A DNA stretch of 55,273 nt from Prorocentrum cordatum (lineage: Eukaryota), in the NCBI GenBank assembly GCA_963575745.1, contig CAUYUJ010000171.1, forward strand, positions 62,001 through 117,273. The letters are read 5' to 3'. Positions 36,747-48,205 of this stretch are shown piece by piece. Below the pieces are notes generated by a model that was given only the letters and a program-made list of their open reading frames with translations, ran no database searches and was not told the DNA's origin. Positions within the stretch are counted from its first letter, which is position 1. Every line of letters begins with the position of its first letter. The position numbers and the translations under genes were made by a program.

Positions 36747-36977
36747 CCATAGACCTGAGCGCGTGGCCGTGGGGTACGAACGCAGGCGGTCCTTTGCCGG
36801 ACGTGCTGCCCGCGCTTGGTTTCCGTCCAGAGGCAGCGCTCTCGCTGTTGCATGATGCGAGTCCACGCGCGCAGTGGCGCGGACGGCTGCGCTGCACGAA
36901 GTGGTCATGGGAAGGGCCTGGACGGAGGGGCCGCGCCACTTCGGCGGGAGCGGAGGGCGGTGCGGGGATGACAGCTA

Positions 36978-37145
36978 TAGGAAGGCACCAACTGTACACC
37001 AACACCGATCCTGGCCAGGATCACCCTGGGCCCAGGATCGGTGTATACGCCCTCCTGCCTTGGGCAAGAAGGCATATACACCGATCCTGGGCCCAGGGTG
37101 ATCCTGGGCCAGGATCGGTGTTGGTGTACAGTTGGTGCCCTCCGA
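36978..37145. mobile_element. Near-perfect foldback element E (168 bp)
   Basis: The whole element is a palindrome (aggcaccaactgtacaccaacaccgatcc / ggatcggtgttggtgtacagttggtgccc); 4-bp TSD gcta. Confidence 0.85.
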
Positions 37146-39749
37146 GCTAGGGAGCCGCACTTGCAGCACGCGCCGAAGGCGTTGTTGCGAGAGCATTGGC
37201 AACGCGCGCGCTCGGCGAAGACGCGCAGCGCCCCGCACCGCGCGCCGGAGCCTTCGAAGTGGCCGGTTGGAGAGAGGAGCGCTCTGCGAACAGGATTGTC
37301 GCGCCACTCGTCTTTCGACCACCATCCTGCGCAATGTCCGTTACGTATTCCGGGGGTTGCCCCAGGCACAGACAGGACGAACCAATTGCGATGAGCTGGG
37401 CAAGTGGGCGGGTCATTCGAGGAGGCGTGCAGCGCTATGCGGGTGGACGTCTGACGGCACCAGGGCACGATGCATGTCGGCGCGTAGCGTGCTCGGCTTG
37501 CTGACCGCAGCTGCAACCGGACTCCGAACCTCTTGCAGGGAGTCTCCACTTGGACGGGCGCGGTCGGCACCGGCAGACACCGGCGTCGATGGGCGCGGCG
37601 CGCCGGCGGCGGTGGCAACGGCAGCATGTTGGGCGCGGGCTGTGCTGAGTGCAGAAAAGAATTTGGTACACTGCTTGAATCAATTTCTTCCCGCGCGCTG
37701 GGAACGAGCATTGCGGTTTGGCGCAGCGTTCGCACGTGCGCGCCTCACCCCTGTCGGGCGCGGTAGCTAGTTCCCTGAGGCCGCTGCCAGGGAAGGCCAG
37801 CGAGGGAACATTCTACACGCAGCTACAATGGCGAAGGGCCCGACGCGGTAAACGCACCCGATGGCTTGGTGGCTACACGGGTTTCCCTGGAGATTTCTTG
37901 CACTGACATCGATTTACCTGGACGTACCTCGCTTTATCTGGCCTGATCCGAGCAAGTCGACTCGAGGAGAGTCGTCACGCACTAAGGGAAGTCGGGTCCA
38001 CCTCCTTCGGGTCCACCTCCTTCCTGCTCCCTCCCCCTCCCCTGTCCTCCTCAGAAGTTCCATCCTTTCTGGACGGGGAGCTGAGGAGCCATGGCAACGA
38101 CAGGGCATGAGGGGGCCTGCTCAGGGGGGTGGGTCGCCGATGCGTCGCCGCCAAATCTGCCACAGGCCGCCGATGACGGAACCGCACGATCTCTAGGCGG
38201 AGTGGGCTATCGAGCCCCAGTTGAGCGACGATCGGAAAAGGGTCTTACGCGAGATGGCACAGCGACTCTACGCGGCGGCTTCGGCGGGCAGCCAGCGCGG
38301 CACTCCACGTTGGAGGCGAGGGCGCTTACGCGCGACCTTACGCAGGCAGCTTGCGCGCCAATGTCGGCGCAGACGACCCCGTCTTTTTCCGTTTTCCAAT
38401 CTGCGATCAACGGGCGATGGGGGATCGATCTCTTCCCCCCTGAGCCCAGAGTCTACCCCCCCCAAACGTTGCCCTGAGTGATCCTCGTCGACTGGCTTCC
38501 GAGTCATAGCTGCAGCCTTGAGCGGCCGCTCGGGACAATCCAGGCACCCCTGGACGCCGTTCGGTGAGGCGCACCTGGTGAAAAGACCAGGGCAGAAAAA
38601 CCTGCAGGATCATAGGAAGATGTCCGAAATCTCTCGTGGGCCTGTCTAGCCTGAGGTCCAACGTCACGAACACATTCAACATCGTCGCACAACTCGAAAG
38701 GAGCCCTGGACTTCATATCCGCGGCCTGAGGGGCTTTCCTGGGGGCCTCTCGGGGCCCTGTGGGGCGTACTGAGGGCCTTTGTGGGGCCTCTGAAGGGGA
38801 TCTTGGAACAGAAAGCTCGAATCTCCAATTCACGTTCGCTTTCTTGGGCCACTCCTGGGGTCGTCTGGAGGCTCATCTGGGTCGTCATGGACGCCTCATG
38901 GGCCGTCTTGGCGCCCTCTGAGGTCGCCTTGGAGCCGTCTTCGGGGGGACGTTTGACCGTCTTAGGGGGATTTCGGGGTCCTCTCGGGCCGTCGTAGAGC
39001 GTCCGAATCATCGAACGTCGAGAGGCCGGAAACCGTCAACAACCGATGGAAAATAAACGGTTCTTGCCTCTTGGGGGCCTCTGGGAGGCCTCTGGGGGCG
39101 TCTTGGGGGCCTTTGGGGAACCTCTTGGGGGCCTCTTGGGGTTTCCGGGGGGGCCTTTCGGCGCGGAGCACTCGAATTGCCAGCTCGCGTTCGCCATCTT
39201 GGGCCACTCCTGGAATCGTCTGCAGGGCTTTGGGTGCCGTCACGAACGCCTCTTGGGCAATATTTGCGGCTTCTGGGACCGTCTTGAGGCCGTCTTGGGG
39301 GGCGTCTTGGCCGTCTGGGGGGGTCGAAAGCCTCTTAGGCGCTCTGAAAGCATCCGAAAGGGTCCGAAACAAGAAACGCCGACAAGCTGGGAAACCTCAA
39401 AAACCGAAGGGAAATAGTCGATAATTGCCTTCTGATTTCCTCTTGGAAGCGCCTGGGGGCGTCTTGCGGGCCTGGCTGGGATAGAATGAGTTCACAGGTC
39501 GGATGGACATTGGGTCAGAACCAGATTCGTTTTGCATCGGTTCCCGGGGAATCGATAAGTCCAGGGAAAGGGGCTGGTAGAACCGAGTTGTTTTCAAAAA
39601 CGAGAATGTATGCGATGCAACATATGCAGTGCAGTTGACGCGGTGCAATACATGCGGTGAGACAAAATTTTGTTCGCAATCAAATGTCAACTCCACTGCT
39701 CGCGCAATCATCCCACCCACCCACCCGCAACTTGTTTGCTAAACCCATG

Positions 39750-41815
39750 CGGGAGCGATTGCGATGAGTTCTGGGTGTTGGCTGGTGCATCTCTGCGGCC
39801 GCGCTAGCCCGCGCACGCTCGCGCTAGCAACGGCCAGCTAGTTTGGCGCGACCGATGCGCACGCGGTGGCGCTGACCGTTCGGCACATGCCAGCGGGCAC
39901 TTCAGTGCAAGTCGGCGGCATGGGCGGGCGCGGTATCATGGCAACGTCGTCAACTGTAGACACAATGATAATAGTGGCGATGCTGGCGACGATGCTGACA
40001 CCGACGACGGGGCAGCCAGTGACGGCGCCGATGCTGATCACGCCGGCGACGATGACAGCGTCTTCGCGTCGGTGATGCAGGTGATGGAAGGAATCCGAGA
40101 TTCGCGCGCAGGAGACGCGGGAGAGTGGCTCGCATGCTACTATTCGCCACGGATCGTGCCACCCCCAGCACGCGCGCAAGGGCGTTGGAAAGATTTCGAC
40201 ATGCGCGCGCGAAGCCCGATTGGTAGCATTTTATGAAACTATTGTAAACATTTGGGGTTTTCTTAAGAATCCGCAAGAACGCGCACGCGTTTGTTGAAAG
40301 TCCGTGTTGTGATACCCTGTTTTTGGTTTTTTAATGCTGTTTTGACACTTGATTTTGCAATCTTTCCGAAACCGAAGGGATTTTGAAGGATTTCGGCATG
40401 CGCGCGCGACGACGCGCGCATGCGCACTTCGTCCCATTGATTGTAAATCCGGGAGCGATTATGATGAGTGCTGGGTGTTGGCTGGTGCATCCCTGCGGCC
40501 GCGCTAGCCCGCGCACGCTTGCGCTAGCAACGCCCAGCTATTTTGGCACGACCGACGCGCACGCGGTGGCGCTGACCGCTCGGCTCATGCCAGCGGGCAC
40601 TTCAGTGCGAGTCGGCGATATGGGCGGGCGCGGTATCATGGCAACGTCGACAACGGTAGACACAATGATAATAGTGGCGATGCTGGCGACGATGCTGACA
40701 GCGACGACGGGGTAACCAGTGACGGCGCCGATGCTGATCACGCCGACGACGATGACGGCGTCTTCGCGTCGGTGATGAAGGTGATGGAAGGAATCCGAGA
40801 TTCGCGCGCAGGAGACGCGGGAGAGTGGCTCGCATGCTACTATTCGCCACGGATCGTGCCACCCCCAGCACGCGCGCAAGGGCGTTGGAAAGATTTCGAC
40901 ATGCGCGCGCGAAGCCCGATTGGTAGCATTTTATGAAACTATTGTAAACATTTGGGGTTTTCTTAAGAATCCGCAAGAACGCGCACGCGTTTGTTGAAAG
41001 TCCGTGTTGTGATACCCTGTTTTTGGTTTTTTAATGCTGTTTTGACACTTGATTTTGCAATCTTTCCGAAACCGAAGGGATTTTGAAGGATTTCGGCATG
41101 CGCGCGCGACGACGCGCGCATGCGCACTTCGTCCCATTGATTGTAAATCCGGGAGCGATTATGATGAGTGCTGGGTGTTGGCTGGTGCATCCCTGCGGCC
41201 GCGCTAGCCCGCGCACGCTTGCGCTAGCAACGCCCAGCTATTTTGGCACGACCGACGCGCACGCGGTGGCGCTGACCGCTCGGCTCATGCCAGCGGGCAC
41301 TTCAGTGCGAGTCGGCGATATGGGCGGGCGCGGTATCATGGCAACGTCGACAACGGTAGACACGATCATGATACTAACGATGCTGGCGACGATGCTGACA
41401 GCGACGACGGGGTAACCAGTGACGGCGCCGATGCTGATCACGCCGACGACGATGACGGCGTCTTCGCGTCGGTGATGAAGGTTTTGGAAGGAATTCGAGA
41501 TGCGCGCGCGGCAGACGCGCAAGAGTAGCTCGCATTGTATCACGTGACACGGATCGTGCCACCCGAGCACGCGCGCAAGGGCGTTCGAACGATCTCGACA
41601 TGCGTGCGCGAAGCCCGTTTGGTAGCACGTTACGAAGTTGTTGTAAACATATGTTTCTCTGGAGAATCAGCAAAAACGCGCACGCTTTTGTTGAAAATCC
41701 GTGTTGCGACACTTGGCATGTTTTTTGGACACTCAATTTTGAAATCTTTCCAGAACCGACAGCTGTTGAAGGATTTTGGCATGCGCGCGCGACGACGCGC
41801 GCGTGCGCACTTCGC
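39750..41815. repeat. Tandem array of three ~700-bp units
   Basis: gggagcgatt.cgatgagt/atgatgagt at ~39750, ~40451 and ~41151; identical ORFs repeat at an exact 700-nt offset. Confidence 0.95.
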
Positions 41816-42104
41816 CTCGTTTTTTGGGGGGATCCGTGCACAAAAACTATGTTAGAACAAAACGTACCAGCGTATAGTATTCTTTGCATGGGGAACCGAA
41901 GGTGGACCGATACCGGCCTGGCTGGGATACTACGAATTCACAAAAAGGATGGACATTGGGTCAGAATCATATGTGTTTCGCATCGGTTCCCGGTGTATCT
42001 CTAAGTCCGATGGGGGGAAGATGGTAGAACCTATCTCCTTTTTTAAAAGGATAATATATGCGATGCGTCCTGTATAATGCAATCTATGCGGTGCGATGTA
42101 TGCG

Positions 42105-42460
42105 ATGCGGCGACGGCGACGGGCGGCATGGGCGGCGACGGGCAGGGATGGCGGCGACAGGCGGCGACGGCGATGAGTGGCGACGGGCGGCACGGGCGGC
42201 GACGGGCGGGGATGCCGGCGACGGACGACGGCGACGGGCGGCACGGCGGCGATTTTGCGGCGATGGTCCCGAAGCGATGGCGACGGACGGCGACGGGCGG
42301 GACGGGCGGCTAGCGGGCGGGGATGGCGACGACGGGCGGCGACGGCGACAGGCGGCGACGGGTGGCGACAGGCGGCATGGGAGGCGACGGGCGGGGATGG
42401 CGGCGACGGGCAGCGACGGCGACAGGCGGCGACGGGCGGCACGGCACGGCGGCGATTTTG
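42105..42460. repeat. ggcgacgggc GC-rich minisatellite
   Basis: Repeated gacgggcgg / gatggcggcgac. Confidence 0.85.
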
Positions 42461-42624
42461 CGGGGAGGGTCCCGAGATGGTTAACGCAAGTAAGAACTCC
42501 TAAGTGCAAGCACCCATCTGTGACGCGTGCGTGTGTGTATATATGTGTGTGAAAATATAAGAACCTGCGCTATATACGTGTGTATATATACATATTCCTG
42601 TATCATGGGGCAGGTGCCATCTGG

Positions 42625-43699
42625 TCAGACTCGGATGTCAGATGAGGCGCGAAAAACTACGACCCCGACGCAGTGCGAACACGTTCCCGGAGTCAACAAT
42701 ATGGCCTGCGAGGCAGCGGGAACTAGGCCTTGACATTTGATCAGCTGGATGAACCCTGAACAACAGGCAAAGTTGAACAGGACATCTACATCCACCTCGT
42801 CACGTTGAATAGCGGTCGCTCGAATGTGCCTGGATATATCCGAAGTGGCCATCGTGGATTACACGGCGCTGATGTCATATATTTCACAAGCAGGATATGT
42901 TGTAACAGTGGGGGTGGGTCGGCTGCTTCCCTTGCAACACCCTCCTCCAATCTGCTGAAAACTGCGGCCCACATCACTGCCACAAGATTGACCAATACCG
43001 CATGTAATGGAGGACGTGTTTCTTTCGTCACCCGCAACACCAAATATCTGCGCATAGTCCAGTGCGATCAGGTACCCGCGCAATCAGAGTATGGATATCA
43101 TCTGGTCGTACTCCACTGGCACATGCGAATCCAAAATGATATAATTCGCTGTCCCTTCCCAATCCATCAAATTACCATCCGCGCCTGCACTGTCATTATT
43201 CCCGTGGCCAAGAACCCAGGAAAGGTTCTCTAAGTATCAGCTGGACTCCGTTGAAGTCATGAGATGTCGCTGCGTTGAGCGTCCCAGCCTTCATGCCCGG
43301 GACGTCTTCCTTCTTTATGTTGACCATACATTTGCACTCAGCTATGCGCTTCGCAAGTGCAATCACTGTTGTGGACAAAAATTCGTGTTCAAATGTCGTT
43401 GCCGTCCGTTGATCTCCAACTTGGATCGGCAGATGTGGGATCGCGTGGAGGACTCTTGAACGCTCGTCAAAAATTGAATTTTACTTGAGCAGCTATCCAG
43501 TTAACCCCAAGTGGTCCGTATCGAATGTCTGTTCAGGCGAAACGCAATCCCTGACATTGTCCCTGGCTCTGTATCAGGCAATGGCGGATGCGACAGCAAA
43601 CCGCTGGCGCTAAAAGTCACCAGAAGAGAACAAAAAGGCCGCATCAATTATCGTACTGACGGAACAGTGCGAAGCCAGAACGGAAATACGAATGTCCAT
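42625..43699 (-). pseudogene. SL-headed retroposed pseudogene, tentatively C5-cytosine DNA methyltransferase (DNMT5-like)
   Basis: AT-richer unique block with an ATG 3 nt after an SL relic. Weak motifs in the expected order across frames: VLASHCSVS (I), AECK (IV), DFNGV..YLEN (VI), LRGY..LDYAQIFGV (VII/VIII), LIKCQG (IX), SGNVF (X). Span ~350 codons with many stops. Confidence 0.35.
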
Positions 43700-43702
43700 T
43701 CT

Positions 43703-43720
43703 CTTGAGCCGCAATGGTTA
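43703..43720 (-). other. Relict dinoflagellate spliced leader
   Basis: Minus strand taaccattgcggctcaag vs SL tagccattttggctcaag, 15/18. Followed by agaATG. Confidence 0.7.
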
Positions 43721-44358
43721 AAGATCGACAGGGAGGGGGCTTGGCAGATTTCGGCATCTGGGGGCCCTCTCCGGTCTGGTTAGAACGCACCGCGATTGGT
43801 CCGAGGAGTTGCGGCATCGGTATCAAATCGCGACGGGGGGGGGTTAGTAGACTGATGCCTGCATCTGGGGGCCCTCGCCGGGCCCTGGGACCGCCAACAA
43901 AACTGCTGAGGATAGGTAGCTGGCCAGATGGAAGTGCTCCAGAACTCTGGGGGGCCATTTTGCGAACAAAAACACGATGTTGGAATTGGTTCTGCTCCTC
44001 CGGCTCCACCTTCCAAGAGAACCCCCGAGACCGCCAGCAGGCGCCCAAGAAACTCCCAAGAGGCCCGAAGAGGCACCCAAGAGGCCACCAGAGGGTCCCC
44101 AAAGAGCCTCACCCGTGGACTTCATCCATCGCCAGGGGGTCGGCGGAATGGCGTCAGCCTCTTCACGAGAACGGCGCCCTTGCATCGTACCGTGTTTGGA
44201 CTCCAGTCTGGCCCCGCTCCAGCGCGTTATGGTGCATGGTATAGCTGCTCGGCTCTGGGGGGCCGGAGAACTCAGCACCGTGCCATTCCTGATTGGGAGA
44301 TCGGTGCAGCCTCGGAAAGCGCCGACGCGGCACGGTGCACACATGTCGTCCCCAGACT

Positions 44359-44374
44359 CTTGAGCCACGATGCT
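44359..44374 (-). other. Relict dinoflagellate spliced leader
   Basis: Minus strand catcgtggctcaag vs SL cattttggctcaag, 12/14. ATG 14 nt downstream. Confidence 0.5.
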
Positions 44375-45052
44375 CTCCCTGCCAGCCCAGGAGGAGGAGG
44401 AGGGGGAGGAGGAGGAAGAGGAGGAGGAGGAGGAGGAGGAGGACGAGGAGGAGGAGGAGGACAACGATTTAAACATAAAAACTCGGGAGTCCGCGCGGAT
44501 CGGCGCTGGACCCGGAAGCGCCGTCACGGGGGTCCAGCGCCGATGCGTGAAATCCGCGCGGACCGCCGAGTTTTTATGTCTATGCCACCGTTCCCCAATC
44601 AGTGCTTGCACTGAAGAGGTCCCAGCGGAGATTGCAAAATTTGGCGAAAACTTCCCGCTAATTTTGGTTTGTTTTGGACTCCGCCTAGGATCATCCGAAG
44701 ACGCCCTTAGGACGCATCCCGCTGATTTTGGCAACGGGCTGGGTTCCAGGGTTCCTGGCTCCGGGTTCTCGGGTTCCTGGTCATTGGTTCCAGGCCGATT
44801 TCGGTGGCTTCCGGGTTCCCGGGTGCCCGGTCGATCTCCTCTATCGAAAACCGTCCACTGATTGTTTTTTGAGGGGAGGGCAGGGATGGGCGCGGACCGC
44901 ATGCTTCAACATCCGCAGTCGTAACGCCGCGAAAGCACTGAGCGGATTCTTCTTCCGAAGCGCTGGGCAAATTACCGGTGCAAATATCTCCCACAACATC
45001 AGCACTGATTGGGGTTCTTCTCTGGTGTAACGCCATTGTCCGTTCCCCTAGG

Positions 45053-45533
45053 TTTAGGTCGGACCTGTCCCCCTACAGGGGGATTCCCGACGAAAAATTA
45101 AAAGTACCCCCAACATACTCCAAAAATAGTCCAAACATAGTCTGGGGACTATTTTTTAAAATATTGTTTCACCTTTTTGGGGCATGTTTGGGGTAATTGT
45201 TTATTTTCGTCGAAAATCCCCCTGTAGGGGGGACACGCCCGACATGACCCTACCCCTGGGGAAGGGGTCGGGAGCTTCTGGGCCCGGACTATTTTTAAAA
45301 GTACTTCTTGACCTTTGTGGGGGCATGTTTGGGGTAATGTTTTGTTTTTCGTCGAAACTCCCCCCTGTAGGGGGGACACGCCCGACATAACACCACTCCT
45401 GGGGAAGGGGTCGGGAGCTTCTGGGCCCGGACTATGTTTAAAGTACTTGTTTGACCTTTGTGGGGGCATGTTTGGGGTAATGTTTGATTTTTCGTCGAAG
45501 CTCCCCCCTGTAGGGGGGACACGCCCGACATGA
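45053..45533. mobile_element. MITE family C copy plus two tandem ~143-bp re-duplications of its right half and flank
   Basis: ccccctgtaggggggacacgcccgacat occurs three times (~45218, ~45361, ~45504). Confidence 0.8.
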
Positions 45534-46004
45534 GCCCAGGTGTCTGAGCTGGCCCTGCTCCTCCCGCGCCTCCCGCTTCCCTCGCGCGCGGCTGGCGGCC
45601 GCACGCCGCCGCGGGCCGCGCGCCCACCCCCCTCGCGGGGCCGCGCGGTCGAAGGTCGAGAGCCATCCACAGTCGGGGCGTTGACCTAAGGAACCCTAAA
45701 TGAGGAACGAGGCCCCCTTTTTCGTAAGTTAAACGTCGACTTCCCATCGAAAAGTGAAGGGAAACCTTAGGCAAGGTGTGGAACAATGAAGGAAGAGCCA
45801 TCTACAGTCGGGGCGTTGACCTAAGGAACCCTAAGTAAGGAACGAGGCCCCTTTTTTCGTGAGTTAAACGTCGGCTTCCCATCGAGAGCTGAAGGGAAAC
45901 CTCAGGCAAGGTGTGGAACAATCAAGGAACATCGAGCCCCTCCCCAACGAAAGGGGTTCCTTCTTCAAGACCCCTACTGTAGTTGGGCTGTCAGCAACAT
46001 ACGA

Positions 46005-46534
46005 ATCATGACAATATGAATCATCATCATCATCATACTCACCAGCATCATTTTCATCATCATCAACAACACGATCACCACCACCACCATCACCATCACC
46101 ATCACAATCGCCATCACCATCACCATCACCATCATCACCACCATTGTCATCATCATCATCATCACCACCACCACCACCATCGTCACCATCAAAACCACCA
46201 TCGCCTTCACCATCATTATCATCACCACCACCACCATCGCCGTACTATCGCCATCACCACCACTGACGCCATCATCATCATCATCACCACCACCATCATC
46301 ATCATCATCACATCATCATCATCATCAGCATCATCGCCAGCATCATCAGAATCAGCATGGCCATCATTGTCATGAGGGGCATCATCGTCATCATCATGAT
46401 CATCACGTTGTCGTTGTCGACATCATCGCCAGCAGTATTATCATCATCAACGCCTTCATCACCAACACCATCACCAACACCATCACAATCACCACAATCA
46501 CTACCATCAGCACCAACATCAGCATCAGCATCAC

Positions 46535-46575
<41 letters not shown>

Positions 46576-46604
46576 CGGCCATCATCGTTATCACCAACAT
46601 TACT

Positions 46605-46653
<49 letters not shown>

Positions 46654-47008
46654 CTAGCATCAGACACCACATCATCATCACTATCATCATCGTCATCATC
46701 ATCCTCATCATCACCATCACTGTCATCGTCACCAGTATCCGCATCGTCAACATTAACAGATTCATCATCATCCTCAGCAGCACCATCGTTATCGTCATCA
46801 CCAGCATCATGATCATCATCACGATCACCATCACCATCCCCATCACATCATCGTCAGCATCATCATCGTAATCATCATCATCACCACCATCATCATCATC
46901 ATCAGCATCGTCATCGTCATCATCATTGTCATCATCATCATCGCAATCACCAACATCATCATAATCATCATCTTCATCATCATCCTCAGCATCCTCCTCA
47001 TCAGCATG

Positions 47009-47048
<40 letters not shown>

Positions 47049-47058
47049 CGGCCATCAT
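46005..47058. repeat. Degenerate (CAT/CAC)n microsatellite (similar: 49180-50245; opposite strand 8610-9065)
   Basis: Directly visible. Confidence 0.95.
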
Positions 47059-47328
47059 CTCCCCCAGCGATCGAGGCTCAATGCTTCTGGACGCTCCTGG
47101 CCTTCCTGTGCCTAATTATGATCCATATCCACCGCCTGCCGAGGTCCACGAAGATCGATCGCCCAGGCGGCGGTTCTGTAGCAACCCCCGGCTCGGAGCC
47201 AGCGGCCACGGCGGCGGTGACGACCAGCGTCGATGACGATGACGACGCCGCCGAACTGGACATCCGACGACGTGTTCTCTTCTACCGGCCGCGGCCCCAG
47301 AAGTTCCCAACCCCTTCCCAGGGTAGTG

Positions 47329-47513
47329 TTATGTCGGGCGTGTCCCCCTACAGGGGGATTTTCGACGAAACATAAAAAATACCCCAAACAATACCCCAAA
47401 AAGGTCAAAAAAAAAAAAAGTCCCCAGACTATTTTTGGACTTTTTTAATTATGTCTGGGGTATTTCTAATCTTTCGTCGAAAATCCCCCTGAAAGGGGAC
47501 AGGCCCGACTTAA
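47329..47513. mobile_element. MITE family C copy
   Basis: Same TIRs; degenerate 8-bp TSD gggtagtg/ggatagcg. Confidence 0.85.
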
Positions 47514-47565
47514 GGATAGCGTTTCGTTCTGGACCCACTTTGAATGGCCCCGGGGCTCGAAAACG

Positions 47566-47769
47566 TTGGAGGCCTGGAAATTGGCACCAACACCAGCACA
47601 AGAGGTTACCTCCACATGGGGAAACTGATCCTAAATTTCGGTGTTGGTGGTAATATTTCGGTCACCTTGGAAACCAACATTTCACCACCATCACCGAGAT
47701 TGGGATCGCCCACCCTCGGTGGACGCACACCGCCGATCTTGGTGTTGGTGTCAACCTCCAGGCCTGCGA
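47566..47769. mobile_element. TIR element L
   Basis: TIR ttggaggcctggaaattggcaccaacacca / tggtgttggtgtcaacctccaggcctgcga; flanks aaacg/aaccg. Confidence 0.7.
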
Positions 47770-47956
47770 AACCGCGCCCAGAAGCCGGCGTGGAGGAGAC
47801 ACGACCAGACGGCTGAGCCCCCCTGTGCTTTTCGGGCCGCAGCTCGGTCCTCTGGCGGCCGTGCCCCCCAGAACGCTCTCCACGAGGCGCAGTCGTTGAG
47901 AGGCACCCCCAGGCTGGGAAGCGCCAGAGGACCGACAAACACGTCCAAGAGCGCCC

Positions 47957-48113
47957 GACGACGACGACGACGACAGACGACGACGACGACAGACGACGAC
48001 AGACGACGAACGACGACGACGACGACGACAGACGACGACGACAGACGACAGACGACGACAGACGACGACGACGACAGACGACGACAGACGACAGACGACG
48101 ACAGACGACGACA

Positions 48114-48158
<45 letters not shown>

Positions 48159-48205
48159 AGACGACAGAGGACAGACGACAGACGACAGACGACAGACGAC
48201 GAGCG
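47957..48205. repeat. (GAC)n / (GACGACA)n microsatellite
   Basis: Directly visible. Confidence 0.95.
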
